Below, one piece after another: positions 62,600 to 64,000 of a stretch of DNA of 64,000 nt. The notes below the pieces were generated by a model, which did no database searches, was not told the DNA's origin, and worked only from the letters and a program-made list of their open reading frames with translations. Source of the DNA: Botryllus schlosseri (taxonomy: Eukaryota); NCBI GenBank assembly GCA_051294905.1, contig CM119373.1, forward strand, positions 27,342,001 to 27,406,000, in the 5' to 3' direction. Each line of letters opens with the position of its first letter. The stretch's first letter is position 1. The position numbers and the translations under genes were made by a program.

Positions 62600-63900
62600 A
62601 ATCAATGAAATTGATAACTTTTCCAATTCTTTCATATGAATAGTTTTTTCTTCGGATAAAAACTGCGTGTTTCAATTGTGCATATGATCATCTTAGAATT
62701 CCCGATCTAATGTCACCAGAGCAATATATTTCGGTTGCATAATGACATTTGCCCGCAACGGACGATATGACATATATGATAATCATCACACGATAAACAA
62801 AAGCGGTGCTAGATATTTCGGAACGTTCTGGTATATTTGCGCGATAGTTCACGCTATTCACGTGTTCACGTCTGCGCCATATTCTATACGTCTTATACAT
62901 GATGCTAAAAGCAAGCAGGTAATTTATAACTTCGACATATAACACACACGACGCGACAATCACGATTGATACCACGTCCGTGTATCCGTTATGATTTTTG
63001 GGACGCAATATCCAAGGAAACAGTAACGGAAATAGCGTGTCAGACTCAAACGTGAAATTCCACCGTAAAATTTAAAGGTTATATGGCAACGCAAGACAGA
63101 AAAAGTTATTTACAAAAGGACTTTTTATACACATGAAAGCATTCCTGTAAGTATCATGAAATAAGCGTGTAGGTAAAACGTTTCTCCTAACAGTTTGCAG
63201 AATGCTGTGATGTTCAGCCACCAGTGCATACCTATTGTGCAATGACGGTTATATTTGTACGTTTAAGTCCCAGTGGGATAGAGATTATGATACGTTTGCA
63301 CCGCAGACTCTATCTATAGCTCGCATCTAATGCCGCCTGCTCTTTCATTGTATCTAAATACTCCGGATATTGATCCTTAATCCTTTATTTCGGGATGATT
63401 GGCTGTGGAATTTTATACTATACTACAATAACACACGGACAATAACAGAGGATCCGCGTGAGTCGTGTACTATGAAGCCTCGAACAAGAGTGGGTCTTAT
63501 CTATGAGTTGACAGTGGAGCAAACATAAAAATTAATAACGGCTTCGTGTAAAATGATTATTGATGTCCAAACGTCAGCAATGAAGAAAGATACAAGAACT
63601 GCTATTGTGCAGGGTGGTTGGGGCTACGGATTAATCGCAGTGTAGCGTCCCTTTCCTGGTCTGGTTCAATAGTCCGATTCTTTCATATACTGCTGATTTG
63701 CACTTTGTGCAGCCACAGACTCCAGTCGTATTATCTTAGTAACATTTAATTAAAAAGCAGCAACTTACTACCGTACTCAGTGCTCACTCCCAACCCAACC
63801 AATCTCGTCGACCGACTCCCAAAAGGAAAGCGCGCGGAAAGTTTCACCAAAAATTTTACAACCGGAAAATATCAAGACGTCAAATACTAGGTTTTCACAC
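62600..63900 (-). pseudogene. Decayed intronless rhodopsin-class GPCR (best-preserved copy)
   Basis: IRSPN..VLVSFFIADV (TM2, 63575), C..ITVIA/NRYALV (TM3, 63236, frameshift), FFCLALPY (TM4), PWILRPK, DVVSIVIVASCVL..FSIMYKTYRIW (TM5), RSEISSTAFVYRVMIIIYVISS (TM6); several stops. Confidence 0.6.
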
Positions 63901-64000
63901 TACCCCCTCGTATTTTTGATGGAGATTCTCTTAATAGCAATCGAAATCAATATGGTCGAGCGAACGGAGTTTGCAAGAAAGAAACAGCAACAGAAACATA

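Overview
Animal (invertebrate-type, AT-rich) genomic DNA with short GT-AG introns; the taxon cannot be fixed from sequence, and tunicate-like is only a guess. One intact protein-coding gene is supported: a 9-exon RASGEF1-family Ras exchange factor on the minus strand (3059-6910, about 805 aa). Its REM and CDC25 domains each carry a large low-complexity insertion containing a DSGI motif. The remaining ~57 kb looks like ordinary intergenic DNA but contains two layers. (1) About 15 apparently intronless, decayed rhodopsin-class GPCR remnants on both strands, recognised by eye from ordered TM motifs (GN, LAxAD-like, NRY/DRY/DQY, CWP, NPxxY). None is intact, so individual calls are tentative until an HMM search is run. 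(2) Many transposons: six hAT-type elements with 7-8 bp target-site duplications (TSDs), one holding an RTE LINE fragment and one holding a transposase dimerisation-domain remnant; a complete 3.27 kb Foldback/MULE-like element with a perfect 9 bp TSD; tRNA-derived SINE heads; and a short RTE-derived element. An assembly gap lies at 61863-62029. No rRNA, functional tRNA or CRISPR array was found.
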